64,000 nucleotides of DNA, taken from IMG/VR virus record IMGVR_UViG_3300013132_000038; one strand, given 5' to 3'. The translations under genes were made by a program, and so were the position numbers. Shown here in pieces: positions 11,395 to 21,521 of the stretch (position 1 is the first letter of the stretch; each line of letters begins with the position of its first letter). The notes below the pieces were generated by a model that searched no databases, was not told the origin of the DNA, and saw nothing but the letters and a program-made list of their open reading frames with translations. This DNA is from an uncultured virus (IMG/VR IMGVR_UViG_3300013132_000038) (Duplodnaviria > Heunggongvirae > Uroviricota > Caudoviricetes).

Positions 11395-11766
11395 CATAAA
11401 AAAGGGAACGTCCGAGGTATCTGACAGTTTTAGAAAAAAACTTATAGAACTTGGATATAGAAAATTTGATGGAAAACCCATAAAAGGAGAGATATGCTAC
11501 GATGCTTATTTTAAGGATTTTAGCTCGGAAGAATCTCTAAATTATACCATATATTGCTACTGCTGTGATCTTGATGGAATAGTACCAAATCCACAATTTT
11601 TTGAATTCTCTTTTGAAGTACAATTAAATGCAGGTCCGGGTATTATAGGATTAGAGGCTATACAGTGGGACTTTAAAACTGAGGAAAGTGCTGAATTTAA
11701 TATAATTTTCTTCGAAGAAAAAGTAAAAGATGTTTGGAAAGCTCTAGGCGGAATAAAGTTTCCCCA

Positions 11767-12525
11767 TTAGAAATCAGCCAATCTTTTAATACTTCTAAAT
11801 CCTCTCAACAGGGATTCTTTAAGTTTTGTTATTGATATTTCAAATTCTCTACCAAATACTTTAGGAGCTTCTTTATATGATTCCTGTGATTCGTCATTTG
11901 AATCTTGTGTAAACTGCCAATACAGAGATAATTCTTCAGGAACATTAAATCCATAAAATTCATAGACCTGCTTTTGTGTTTCTAAAACCTGTTCTCCGTT
12001 CCAGTTTTGTCCTATTATAATACACCCAGCATCTATCTCAGAAACTATATTATCTTCACCCAACGTTGTGTGTCTGTTTTCTATCCAATTTAGTCTCTCT
12101 ATAAGCTTCTGATAAAAAGCATTGGCTTGTCCCCATCTTACACTTATAAAGAAAACAACAGCTTCAGATTCAAAAAGCTCTTTGGACACTTTCCATAATT
12201 CGTCATCCTTGTTGTTTAATGATGCCCAACATCTATGATTACCGGAGGGATCTTTTTCTGCATCTTTTAGAAGCGAATCCTTTATTCCACAATTGTTGCC
12301 ATCTACTCCAGATACGTTCCCTTCACAGGGATATATTTTTAGCTTTGGTATTTCTAAAAGGCTGACCTCTGTAGTTTCTGCAAGTCTAGATTTAATATCC
12401 ATAGCTAATAGAGTAGACTTTGGGATTTCTTTGCTTCCTTCCCACCTATTAGATGTTGTTAGAAAGAGAACTTTATTTTTATTAGAGAGATATTCTACTA
12501 ATTCTTGTATTTGATCAGAAACCAT
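11767..12525 (-). CDS. flavodoxin-like / NADPH-dependent FMN reductase family protein
   Basis: LTTSNR, IYPCEGNVS, C...C...DDE pattern of multimeric flavodoxins. Confidence 0.65.
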   Translation of the reverse strand: MVSDQIQELVEYLSNKNKVLFLTTSNRWEGSKEIPKSTLLAMDIKSRLAETTEVSLLEIPKLKIYPCEGNVSGVDGNNCGIKDSLLKDAEKDPSGNHRCWASLNNKDDELWKVSKELFESEAVVFFISVRWGQANAFYQKLIERLNWIENRHTTLGEDNIVSEIDAGCIIIGQNWNGEQVLETQKQVYEFYGFNVPEELSLYWQFTQDSNDESQESYKEAPKVFGREFEISITKLKESLLRGFRSIKRLADF

Positions 12526-12657
12526 ATTTTATATATCGTCTGATGATAAACACCCGTTTTAATGGGGTTTATCATTTGTTAGGAGCAGTGAAATTATTGG
12601 GACTGTGTTTAAGAAAATTTGAGAGAGAGAGAGAGATATATAATAAAAAATCACAAA

Positions 12658-14133
12658 ATGAAACACATTAAATTATTTGAAGCATTCGTTAATATGGGGA
12701 ACTACTCCAAAAGTTCTGTTAAATTCAATATGCCCGATTTATATGAGATGCCTACTGGCTTAGATAGAAATAAGGTTTATGTTGTTAAGCTTACTTATGA
12801 ATGTGAGAATTTAATTTATGCCTTAATGGATTACTCACAGTTGGAAAAAACATACGAGTTATTAAATCTAAATCTTATATCCGAGAAGATACGCTGGTAC
12901 TCACAGATGATTTATCCGGATTTAAAACGAGAATTTTTAAGGGGTCTTTCAAAAAATAAAGAAATGTTTGATTTGGGTGATCCCCCCGTCACGGGAGATT
13001 TTGAATATGCTCAAAAGGTTCTCGCTCGGAAAAGTTGGTCCATTCGAATTCTTGCCGAGGCAGAGAGAAATAGATTTCCTTATTATGTTTATGTCTCTGG
13101 AGGTGGTGAGGCACCTCCAATAATGAAAAAATTAGAGGAACTTACCGGAAAATGTAAAGTCTGTGGAGATGATCCAGATGTTGTCAGCGCCCTACCCGGA
13201 CAGATCACATGTGATTTAGGTAGCAATGATGCTGTTTTCGATCCAGGAATGGAAATGAAATTATCCGATATTATCTATGATGATAGCGGCACTCATGAAA
13301 GTCCGGAAGATGACGATCACATGTATAAACAAAAGGGATACTACATTAGATTTGATTCTTTAGGTGCATTTTTAGCTATACATCACCCTGCACATAGTCA
13401 GTTTGATAGATTCAAAAAGGTGGGAGATAAATTTGTAGTTGATAACTCTAAAATCTTTGAAGTCCTTCCGTATAAACCGGATCTTGTTTGGGTTAGAAAA
13501 TACATCACAGGAGGAGGAGGGGTTCGTGATTTTCTAGACGATATATTTGCTCATCTCATAGATGTGTCTACACCAGTACCAATCATAAATGCTATTAGTG
13601 ACATTTTAAATCCGGATAACTATCAAATTGAAACGATTGATTATTGTAGAGTTGAGATACATAATTACATCAAGAGAATATTATCATGGAAAACTGGGGA
13701 AATATCTAAAACCCCAGATTTTAAAAATTCTAGGTTTTTTCTGGCTCTCCCCAATGATCGATCTCTTGTTGATGCAATTCTCAATAAACTCCCAAAAAAC
13801 TATGGAGAGATATCCGATGGGTTAGATTCCATGGATAGAGCTACTCTACAAAAATACAGGGACGAGTATCCGGGGAGATCTGATTTTCCAACCCTAGATA
13901 GCTTTAAAGAAATGTTAAAAAGTATAATCTATTTAGTTGAAAAAATTGAGTCAACAAAACAAAAAATAAATCTTTACGATGGGAAATTACCATCCGCAGA
14001 TGTTCTTAAAGAGGAAACACATTGCCATTTCTTCTACGGAATATCAAACAAGATAACTATTGATAAAATTAACCGATTAAGTCCAATAGAACTCTATATG
14101 GATGTATTTTATAATGGGAAAAATTGGGCTTGA
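12658..14133 (+). CDS. hypothetical virion-associated protein (MKHIKLFEAF N-terminus)
   Basis: ATG at 12658 follows GATATATA at 12635; carries the shared N-terminal motif. Confidence 0.55.
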   Translation: MKHIKLFEAFVNMGNYSKSSVKFNMPDLYEMPTGLDRNKVYVVKLTYECENLIYALMDYSQLEKTYELLNLNLISEKIRWYSQMIYPDLKREFLRGLSKNKEMFDLGDPPVTGDFEYAQKVLARKSWSIRILAEAERNRFPYYVYVSGGGEAPPIMKKLEELTGKCKVCGDDPDVVSALPGQITCDLGSNDAVFDPGMEMKLSDIIYDDSGTHESPEDDDHMYKQKGYYIRFDSLGAFLAIHHPAHSQFDRFKKVGDKFVVDNSKIFEVLPYKPDLVWVRKYITGGGGVRDFLDDIFAHLIDVSTPVPIINAISDILNPDNYQIETIDYCRVEIHNYIKRILSWKTGEISKTPDFKNSRFFLALPNDRSLVDAILNKLPKNYGEISDGLDSMDRATLQKYRDEYPGRSDFPTLDSFKEMLKSIIYLVEKIESTKQKINLYDGKLPSADVLKEETHCHFFYGISNKITIDKINRLSPIELYMDVFYNGKNWA

Positions 14134-14193
14134 CATTCTCTGAAAGTCAATAATTTAATTGCTCCTAACTATTGGTTTGGAATATATACTTCA

Positions 14194-14451
14194 ATGAAAC
14201 ATATTAAAATCTACGAAAATTTTAGTTCCTCTGCAGAAAGAAAATATTTTACAGACGACGAAATCCAATATTATCAAAAATTATGGGATTGGCTTCCTGA
14301 AAGATATCGATATAATCAGTTTTTCTCGAAGCTTTGGACACAAGTAACCACTAAGAAATACCTTTCTAATAAACAGTGGATACAACTGGAGTATTTACTA
14401 AAAAATGGTAAATCTCAATATGAGGCGGGGATTCTTCCCAGTAATTATTGA
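14194..14451 (+). CDS. small protein with MKHIKIYENF N-terminus
   Basis: Shared N-terminal motif; AATATATA upstream. Confidence 0.55.
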   Translation: MKHIKIYENFSSSAERKYFTDDEIQYYQKLWDWLPERYRYNQFFSKLWTQVTTKKYLSNKQWIQLEYLLKNGKSQYEAGILPSNY

Positions 14452-14497
14452 AACAATCATTAATTTTACTAGTATTATCTATACAATAAAAATTTAG

Positions 14498-15103
14498 ATG
14501 TCTAAAAAAAGAAAATGGGGGATATCTAATCCCTTCTCTGAAGGGCATAGAGAATATCTACCGTCCAATTATTGTCTTTTTGATGTTGATGGTATATTAC
14601 TAAATCCCAACGGGGATCCTGAATTTTTATATGAGAGTAAATACAAGATGTCTTACAACAATTCGGATTTTATAGAAAGTTTCTATAATCCTAAAAATTT
14701 ACAAGCTTTCTTCTTAAGACATATATCCCAAAAAATGGGAGTATACATTCACGAAGAAAAAACAAATAAATGGTGGTTTTTGAAAGATAGAGAACTAAAT
14801 ACATCATTAAATCCTAGACTGGATCTAATAAAGACCGAGGATAGAATCTATATAGAAGATATAGTTTCTGGATATTCTCACAATTTTTCGGGGGTGTTTG
14901 TTAGGACTGAGGGGGAAAAACCTTCTTACATGGAGAGATATGGAGCCTTTATAGCACAAAAAATGAACATACCTAATATATTGGTCAACGATGTGTTCGA
15001 AAGTGATTATATACACTTTAAAAAAGAAAATAACACATATAAATGTGATTCAAAATCCAATTGGGAATTGGTGTGGGAGGAACTAGATATAGTTGAAAAC
15101 TAA
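14498..15103 (+). CDS. putative PD-(D/E)XK nuclease-like protein
   Basis: FDVDG ... YESK pattern. Confidence 0.35.
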   Translation: MSKKRKWGISNPFSEGHREYLPSNYCLFDVDGILLNPNGDPEFLYESKYKMSYNNSDFIESFYNPKNLQAFFLRHISQKMGVYIHEEKTNKWWFLKDRELNTSLNPRLDLIKTEDRIYIEDIVSGYSHNFSGVFVRTEGEKPSYMERYGAFIAQKMNIPNILVNDVFESDYIHFKKENNTYKCDSKSNWELVWEELDIVEN

Positions 15104-15520
15104 GAAACTATATTATAGAATTTCTCTATAAATAAATAAAAAATATGCCTACTAAAAGTCGAGTAAGAAAAAAGAACGGTAAGCCTGTAAAGTATAAACC
15201 GAAACCGAAGGGTTTATCAAAAACACAGATGAATAAGCTTTTGAAGATGATTGAAGATCAGCAGAAAACTTCACAAGAAAACTCCGATCAAATATCAGAA
15301 ACTAGAGAAGGAGGAGGGGAGTTATTAATTTCTCCTGAATTTATAAAAAAATTAAATGTTAACCCATCTGATAGTATAGAAGAGGGACCAGTTTTGTCTG
15401 AAGAAGAGAAAACAGAGGAAGCCACTAGTGAACAGGAGGGAGCATTGGAAAAAGAGGAAGATAATTCAGATTCTGGCCCTATTTCTTCACAAATTTAATA
15501 CATGTTAATACAAAAACAAA

Positions 15521-15546
15521 GTCCCGTCTTAAGGCGGGATTTATTT
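15521..15546 (+). terminator. intrinsic terminator
   Basis: GTCCCGTC-TTAA-GGCGGGAT followed by a T-rich tract. Confidence 0.6.
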
Positions 15547-15587
15547 GTGTTTATATGGTTATATACCATATCAAATAATAAAATCAA

Positions 15588-15908
15588 ATGAAAATTATTA
15601 ACGATGAACAGTTAAATGAAGCGATTCAAAGCGGGGAAAAAACTTTAGTTCTTTTTTCTGCAGACTGGTGTGGACCATGTAAAGTAATTAAGCCTGCACT
15701 CGAGAAAGTTGAAGAAGAACTATCTAACACTATAAAAATAGTAAAAGCTGATGTTGGAGAAGCTGGAGAATCGGCAAGGAAATTTAACATAAAAAATATC
15801 CCAACTTGTGTACTTATAGAGGGTGAAACAGAGATCGCTAGATTCTCTGGCGTAAAAAACGGAGAACAAATTAAAAAATTTCTTGAGGAACATCAGGTTT
15901 TAAATTAA
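15588..15908 (+). CDS. trxA: thioredoxin
   Basis: WCGPC active site. Confidence 0.95.
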   Translation: MKIINDEQLNEAIQSGEKTLVLFSADWCGPCKVIKPALEKVEEELSNTIKIVKADVGEAGESARKFNIKNIPTCVLIEGETEIARFSGVKNGEQIKKFLEEHQVLN

Positions 15909-15917
15909 AACTTTTAC

Positions 15918-15955
15918 TAAATTTGTGATATATTAATAAAACGTTCTTTAACATA
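15918..15955 (+). promoter_or_regulatory. Bacteroidota-type -7 promoter element (TAAATTTG) and boxA-like GTTCTTTAACA
   Basis: TAnnTTTG at 15918-15925; GTTCTTTAACA at 15943-15953 directly before the ncRNA repeats. Confidence 0.55.
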
Positions 15956-15959
15956 CATA

Positions 15960-16171
15960 TTTTCTTGAAGCGGTTTAGAGGGTTACTTCAAATATAAACA
16001 GCGATCGATAAGCAGCTCCGGTTGTTTATTTCAAAGGTCTTAGTACTTCTACAGAAGAGCGCTTCCCTCGGGAAGAAAATTACAGTAGATTGGTTTGATT
16101 CACTAACTAGAAATAAGGGAACGATTACCTCACGTAATGGGGGACCACTCTTTAAAAATTTCTCAAGAAAA
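15960..16171 (+). ncRNA. Y RNA-like RNA 1 (long form)
   Basis: Terminal stem TTTTCTTGA/TCAAGAAAA, GAAGCGG and TACTTCA motifs, second stem, internal hairpins; upstream of the Ro60 gene. Confidence 0.7.
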
Positions 16172-16183
16172 AATTATATAAAC

Positions 16184-16253
16184 TCCGAAGCGGAGTGAAG
16201 AGTTACTTCAAATTATAGAAAAAAGAAAAACGCTCTTCGCTAATATTCTCGGA
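16184..16253 (+). ncRNA. Y RNA-like RNA 2
   Basis: TCCGA/TCGGA stem, AGCGG bulge, AGTGAAGAGT/GCTCTTCGCT stem, TACTTCA. Confidence 0.7.
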
Positions 16254-16261
16254 TTTGATAT

Positions 16262-16340
16262 TTGTTCTGAAGCGGGATTTTGAGATACTTCATATATTGT
16301 TAGACTCGAAAAATCCTCGAAATCAATTTTCTCAGAACGA
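16262..16340 (+). ncRNA. Y RNA-like RNA 3
   Basis: TTGTTCTGA/TCAGAACGA stem, AGCGG bulge, GATTTTGAG/CTCGAAATC stem, TACTTCA. Confidence 0.7.
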
Positions 16341-16344
16341 CACT

Positions 16345-16381
16345 AAGGGGTTTGGACGCTAAGCGACTGAACCCCTTTTTT
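16345..16381 (+). terminator. intrinsic terminator between the Y RNAs and the Ro60 gene
   Basis: AAGGGGTTTGG...CTGAACCCCTT hairpin with T-run. Confidence 0.65.
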
Positions 16382-16407
16382 ATTTAGTAAACTTTTAAAA
16401 CAAATAT

Positions 16408-18033
16408 ATGTCAAAACTAAGTGGTTACGCAGACAAAAAGACAGCAATACAAATTGCACAAAACTCTGTTTATGGTGCTTTTGCAGTAGAGAATTTTATG
16501 GGGGGTACGTCCTATGAGATAAACCCATTAGACACTCTAAGAATCGTAGCAGCATCGTCTATATTTGGTGAGCCTCAATATTATAGAGACGGACTAAAAG
16601 CTCCTAGCAATCTTAGTACCCTTTCTAAATATTCAATATTTACTTCCCTGTACGAGAGCACCTCAACCTCGGTTGAAATTTTCGAGAATGCCATAGAATC
16701 AGCTTTAAGCTATGATTTTAAAGGCACGTTAGATTTAGCTCTCGAATTAAGAACTAAGTTCTTTATGAGGCTTAATCCTGCAGTAATATTCATAAAAGCT
16801 TCACAGCATCCTTCTAGAGTGGAATTTAACGAAGCCAATCCCGGATATATGAAGGGGATAGGAAAATCTATTTCTTTACGGCCTGATGATTTAACAAACC
16901 AGTTTGAATACTATATGTATAAAAACGGGGGTAAAAAAGGACTTTCGTCCTTGGTAAAAAGAACATGGGCTGAGAGACTTGGTGAATTTACTAGATACCA
17001 ATTAAACAAATATAAAGGTAAAAGATTGATTGATCTTGTCCGTATATCCCACGCAAGTGGTGAAGATATTAACGAGTTAATGTCTACTGGCACTTTAAAG
17101 GTTAAAGAGAGTGAAAAAACATGGGAATCACTAAGATCAGAAGGTAAAACGTGGAAGGAAATAACAGATACTATAGCTATTCCACACATGGCTTTGCTTA
17201 GAAATCTTAGAGGTATTTTCAGCGAAATACAAGACGCACCTGTTGCTGCTAGAATACTGACCCAATTAAAATCCGGTGTCGAGAATGGAAAACAATTCCC
17301 TTTCAGATATTGGTCTGCTTTCAATGCAATACAAAATGCTGAGGTCTACCACAAACAACTTTTATTAGATACATTGGAGGAATGTTTAGACATTTCAGTA
17401 GCTAATATGCCTAAACTTAAGGGTAAAACTGTGTGTCTTTCAGATAACTCAGGATCTGCTTGGGGATCTTTCAATAGTGAATATGGAACAGTTACAGTAG
17501 CAGAAATAGCTAATCTTTCCTCTTTAACAACTGCTTTGCAATCCGATGAGGGTATAGTAGGAGTTTTTGGAGATGAACTCTCCTTAAAAGGAGTTTCTAA
17601 AAGAAATGGAATCCTTACTCAATTAGAGGAAACATCTAAAAGAGGTAGAGCCCAAGGAGGGGGAACGGAAAATGGTATTTGGATATTCTGGGACGATGCT
17701 ATAAAAAATAAAATCCATTACGACAACGTTTTTATCTACTCTGATATGCAAGCAGGACACGGAGGATTATATGGACACGCAAGCACAGTAGGAAATTCCC
17801 CTTATGGACATAGCGGTAAAGGAGACGTTCATGTAGATGTACTATCAATGGTTCAGGAATACAGAAGAACCGTTAATCCTAAAGTTAATGTCTTTAGTGT
17901 TCAAGTTGCAGGATACAATAACTCAGTTCTTCCAGAGAATCTATACAGGGGAGCAATATTGGCTGGATGGACAGGTAAAGAACCTATATTTGCCAATGCT
18001 ATAATCGAAGCTTGGGATTCTATCGAATCTTAA
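16408..18033 (+). CDS. Ro60/Rsr-like TROVE + vWA domain RNA-binding protein
   Basis: TROVE features (ALLRNL, KQFPFRYWSA) and a vWA MIDAS-like DNSGS ... GGT ... SDMQ; 541 aa. Confidence 0.88.
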   Translation: MSKLSGYADKKTAIQIAQNSVYGAFAVENFMGGTSYEINPLDTLRIVAASSIFGEPQYYRDGLKAPSNLSTLSKYSIFTSLYESTSTSVEIFENAIESALSYDFKGTLDLALELRTKFFMRLNPAVIFIKASQHPSRVEFNEANPGYMKGIGKSISLRPDDLTNQFEYYMYKNGGKKGLSSLVKRTWAERLGEFTRYQLNKYKGKRLIDLVRISHASGEDINELMSTGTLKVKESEKTWESLRSEGKTWKEITDTIAIPHMALLRNLRGIFSEIQDAPVAARILTQLKSGVENGKQFPFRYWSAFNAIQNAEVYHKQLLLDTLEECLDISVANMPKLKGKTVCLSDNSGSAWGSFNSEYGTVTVAEIANLSSLTTALQSDEGIVGVFGDELSLKGVSKRNGILTQLEETSKRGRAQGGGTENGIWIFWDDAIKNKIHYDNVFIYSDMQAGHGGLYGHASTVGNSPYGHSGKGDVHVDVLSMVQEYRRTVNPKVNVFSVQVAGYNNSVLPENLYRGAILAGWTGKEPIFANAIIEAWDSIES

Positions 18034-18051
18034 TTTTTTAAATCTTTTTTA

Positions 18052-18077
18052 AAGTCCCTAGCGATAGGGATTTTTTT
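18052..18077 (+). terminator. intrinsic terminator
   Basis: AAGTCCCTA-GCGA-TAGGGATTTTTTT. Confidence 0.7.
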
Positions 18078-18555
18078 GTGGTTTTTTTCTACAAATAGGA
18101 TAAATACTTATATGAGAATAATAAAGACATACGAGAACTATAATGTTATAGACATGGGGGGTAACGAGCCCATAAAAAAATACGGGGAACCTTATCCCTT
18201 AACCAATCTTAAAATTGGTGATAAAGTAACATACTTAGGAACTTCTTTTATTGTAGATAAAGCAGATGAGTATATGTTATTATTAAAATCAGTAAAAGAT
18301 GGATCTTATTTAAGAGTAAATCAGAACATGTTTAATCAAAGAGGATTTATTGGATCTATGTAATATTTAAAAATATGCAAGAAGAAATTAAGATATTAAA
18401 TATCCTATCAGAAAAAACTAAAAAAGATATAAAGATGTTCGTTGCTAATTGTTCTATATCAGAAGATCCTGAAAGAAAAAAGAAATTTTACGATATTATT
18501 CAAAAGGTAATAATTGAATCCTCGTTAGGGATGAAAGATAAAATAAATCTAAATA

Positions 18556-18702
18556 ATGGCAAAAATTAAATCTCTAGACTCTTCGAAAAATCACATAAGA
18601 AAAGCTAGAAAAAAAAGACCAGGAATACATTCTAAATGCAAATCTAGCGTTAGTAAGAATGCTAAGCACTATAAAAAGCCCTACAAATCTCAAGGTAGAT
18701 AA
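18556..18702 (+). CDS. small basic protein (48 aa, absent from ORF track)
   Basis: MAKIKSLDSSKNHIRKARKKRPGIHSKCKSSVSKNAKHYKKPYKSQGR; fills the gap between genes. Confidence 0.6.
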   Translation: MAKIKSLDSSKNHIRKARKKRPGIHSKCKSSVSKNAKHYKKPYKSQGR

Positions 18703-18724
18703 AAAGGATATATAAAGTAAAAAA

Positions 18725-19105
18725 ATGAAACACCTCAGAATATACGAAAACTTCCTAAGGGGAGTAGAAATGGATCCGGTTATGACCGACATGGGTACAA
18801 TGCCAAGTGAAATAGGAACGGGGGGAGCTAGCTTTGAAGAAGAATCTACAGACTTCGTTCCAACTCCAGAGGGTCAGGAAGGTGATTATATAGTTAAATT
18901 TATTAATCCAGAGGGAGAAGAGGTAACTGCTACAGTAGGGCACGCAATAGATCCGGAGTACATGGGTAAAAAGATGATCAGTGCTATAGAAATGATACCA
19001 GATTCAAGCTCTGACGGTAGACAATATTCGTTTATAGGATACTATGATGAGATCCCAGATTCCGCAGGAGCTTACGAACTTAAAAAGATTTTAATTGAGG
19101 GATAA
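18725..19105 (+). CDS. acidic protein with MKHLRIYENF N-terminus
   Basis: GATATATA at 18707 and shared N-terminal motif. Confidence 0.55.
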   Translation: MKHLRIYENFLRGVEMDPVMTDMGTMPSEIGTGGASFEEESTDFVPTPEGQEGDYIVKFINPEGEEVTATVGHAIDPEYMGKKMISAIEMIPDSSSDGRQYSFIGYYDEIPDSAGAYELKKILIEG

Positions 19106-19398
19106 TAATGTCTATAAAAATATATTCAGGCTATGATGAATTTAAATACGAAGAGCCTGAATTGTGTGATTGTATAGATATAGAAGGGGATTCAGACGAC
19201 GAGGAACAAGAGGAATCAATCGACGTTTTTTTCTATGACACAAAAACCCCTGATTTTATAGATTCTTCAACTTTTTATGTTGTATCGGATCTAGAGGACG
19301 AAGAAAACGCAGAAGACATATCAGGATACTTAGGTAAATTCAAAAAAATGTATCTCTCAGATTTTCACAAAGTCTTGTTCTGTGTAAGTTAATATAAA

Positions 19399-20328
19399 AT
19401 GAAAAAAATACTAGATTTTAAAGAATTTTCTTTGTTCGAAAATGAAATCTCAGAGGGTAAATCAAACCTCTTTGATTTCAACAATAAATTAATTTATAGA
19501 ACACTAAAGGATATAAAGACAACAACTATAGGAGGAAGAGAATATAATTTTCTTTGTGTGGGAAGTGGAATGAAAACATACGCAGACTCTGTTGCCAAAT
19601 CCAATAAAAAAATAGGGGATATCCTACTAAAAATTGCAGAGAAGAAAGATAAATCATTAGTTTTTACTCCGGATGGAATATACGTAGTTTCTGAGGCAGT
19701 TTCAGATGGATTAATCTCTTTAGCGTCATCTATTTTTTCATACGTAAAAGAAGGCGAGATAACAGCAGGATTAAGTGTTATTTACACTTTTAAAAGAATC
19801 AATACATATTATACGGATAAGGGTGAAGAATCTTTTAATAATATGAAAGAAGATCCTACTGCTTTGTTTAAAACGGTTATTAAAGATCTTTATAAACTAG
19901 CAGACAAATCCCCGAATGCTTCAGAAGCAGTATCTATATTAACTGTTGGAGCTTATAAAGCATCCACCTCATCATTTAAAACAATTCCTGAATTTTTAAA
20001 TTCGTGTCTATACGAAACAGCTAAAGAATTAGGAATAAAATCTGTAAACATAGGGCAGAACATAGAAGATTTTTATAATGTTTGCCAAAACACTCTAGAT
20101 AATTTAAAAGTACCAGTCAATAAAACTATAGAGGAAGGTGTAGAGAAAATGTCTCAGATGATAGATAAGGGTATAAGAAAAGGAAGAATATTAGGAGCTA
20201 GATTAGAAAAAGAAACTCAGGATGCTCTCAAAGCAGTACAAGATAGAATAGCACCAACAGGAAAAGCAATAGCTACAAAAAGCAAAAACATCTGGAATTC
20301 AATTTCAGGAAAAAAAGTAACTAATTAG
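19399..20328 (+). CDS. hypothetical virion protein, paralog of 20361..21521
   Basis: Alignable blocks such as LFDFNNKLIYRTLKDIK vs LFDLNDATTYKAVKNVK and YVVSEAVSDGLIS vs YVVTEAVATGLIS. Confidence 0.6.
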   Translation: MKKILDFKEFSLFENEISEGKSNLFDFNNKLIYRTLKDIKTTTIGGREYNFLCVGSGMKTYADSVAKSNKKIGDILLKIAEKKDKSLVFTPDGIYVVSEAVSDGLISLASSIFSYVKEGEITAGLSVIYTFKRINTYYTDKGEESFNNMKEDPTALFKTVIKDLYKLADKSPNASEAVSILTVGAYKASTSSFKTIPEFLNSCLYETAKELGIKSVNIGQNIEDFYNVCQNTLDNLKVPVNKTIEEGVEKMSQMIDKGIRKGRILGARLEKETQDALKAVQDRIAPTGKAIATKSKNIWNSISGKKVTN

Positions 20329-20360
20329 ATATATAGATATATAAATAAAAAAACAAAGAA

Positions 20361-21521
20361 ATGGAAAGAATATTATCATTCAGAGAATTTAGTCCAATGG
20401 ACGAGGAACTAAATTTCTATAACAATTCCGATTTGGACGATGCAGAAAGCCAAGTTGAAATGTCGGAGGCCGAAATGCTTTCGATATTTTTAGACGGATC
20501 ACTTTATGAAGCCGCTCCTAAGGGAAACACAGTGAAAGGCGGATTATTTGATCTTAATGATGCTACAACATACAAGGCAGTAAAAAATGTTAAGGAGGCT
20601 GTAATCAAGGGTGCTAAATACACATTTTTAACTGTATCCGATGGTATGAAAAATTTGGCTGACAAAGCAAAAAAAGCTGGTAAAGCGTATGCTAATTTCC
20701 TTTTGACCTGTGCAAAAAACGCAGGTAAGGTAATTATATTTACTATGGCAGCAGTTTATGTTGTAACAGAGGCAGTTGCTACTGGGTTAATATCAGCAGC
20801 TACATCTGTAATTAATTATGTAGGAAAAGGAGTAATGGCAATAGGAGCTTCCTTAGTTAATGCTTTTAAAAGTGTAAACGATTACTTTAAAAAATTAGGA
20901 ACTGCAGTTTTTAATACAATAAAATCAGATGCCACCGCGGTAGCTAAAGCTTTTATGACTGGTCTATATGCGGTTTCTAATAAATGTGCTAAAGCAGCAG
21001 AAGCAGTTTCGGCTTTAACTATTTCAGCATACAAATTAACAAAAACTGCATTTAAAAATGTTGATAATTTTGCAAAAAATTGTATTTATGGAGCGGCTCA
21101 AGCTGCTAAAGTAACTGCTGTAAAGATTGGCCAAAAAATAGGAGATTTTTATAATAAAGCGGTAGACACAGCAAAAAAATCAAAAGACTCAATAATTAAA
21201 AATACGAAAGCAGGAGCTCAATACGTGGTAAATAAAGTGAAGGGCGCAGTGAATACGGTTAAAAATGTTGCAGCTAAAGCAAAAACTGCAGTGGTTAACA
21301 CCGTTAAAACAGTAGCTAGTAAAATTGCAAACACTGCATCTGAAATAGGTTCACATCTTTCAGCAGCTTGGAACGCTTTCTGGGATCACGAAACATATCA
21401 AGGAACCGGACAAAGTATATTCGAATCTTATACTATTGTTGAGGGAGAAAAATATTATTTATTACCCGAACCAACTTATACGGAAGAATATTTACTAAGT
21501 GACGAAGAATATAATTATTAG
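20361..21521 (+). CDS. Ala/Lys-rich amphipathic helical virion protein
   Basis: Repetitive AK-rich helices; MERILSFREF N-terminus; tandem GATATATA upstream. Confidence 0.6.
   Translation: MERILSFREFSPMDEELNFYNNSDLDDAESQVEMSEAEMLSIFLDGSLYEAAPKGNTVKGGLFDLNDATTYKAVKNVKEAVIKGAKYTFLTVSDGMKNLADKAKKAGKAYANFLLTCAKNAGKVIIFTMAAVYVVTEAVATGLISAATSVINYVGKGVMAIGASLVNAFKSVNDYFKKLGTAVFNTIKSDATAVAKAFMTGLYAVSNKCAKAAEAVSALTISAYKLTKTAFKNVDNFAKNCIYGAAQAAKVTAVKIGQKIGDFYNKAVDTAKKSKDSIIKNTKAGAQYVVNKVKGAVNTVKNVAAKAKTAVVNTVKTVASKIANTASEIGSHLSAAWNAFWDHETYQGTGQSIFESYTIVEGEKYYLLPEPTYTEEYLLSDEEYNY

Noticed and set aside
12621..12636. (GA)n microsatellite as a phase-variation switch
   Set aside because: It lies upstream of the promoter motif and true ATG; nothing supports a function
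15960..16340. CRISPR array interpretation of the three repeats
   Set aside because: Repeats are short split motifs with covarying stems and very unequal spacing; no cas genes; the adjacent gene is TROVE
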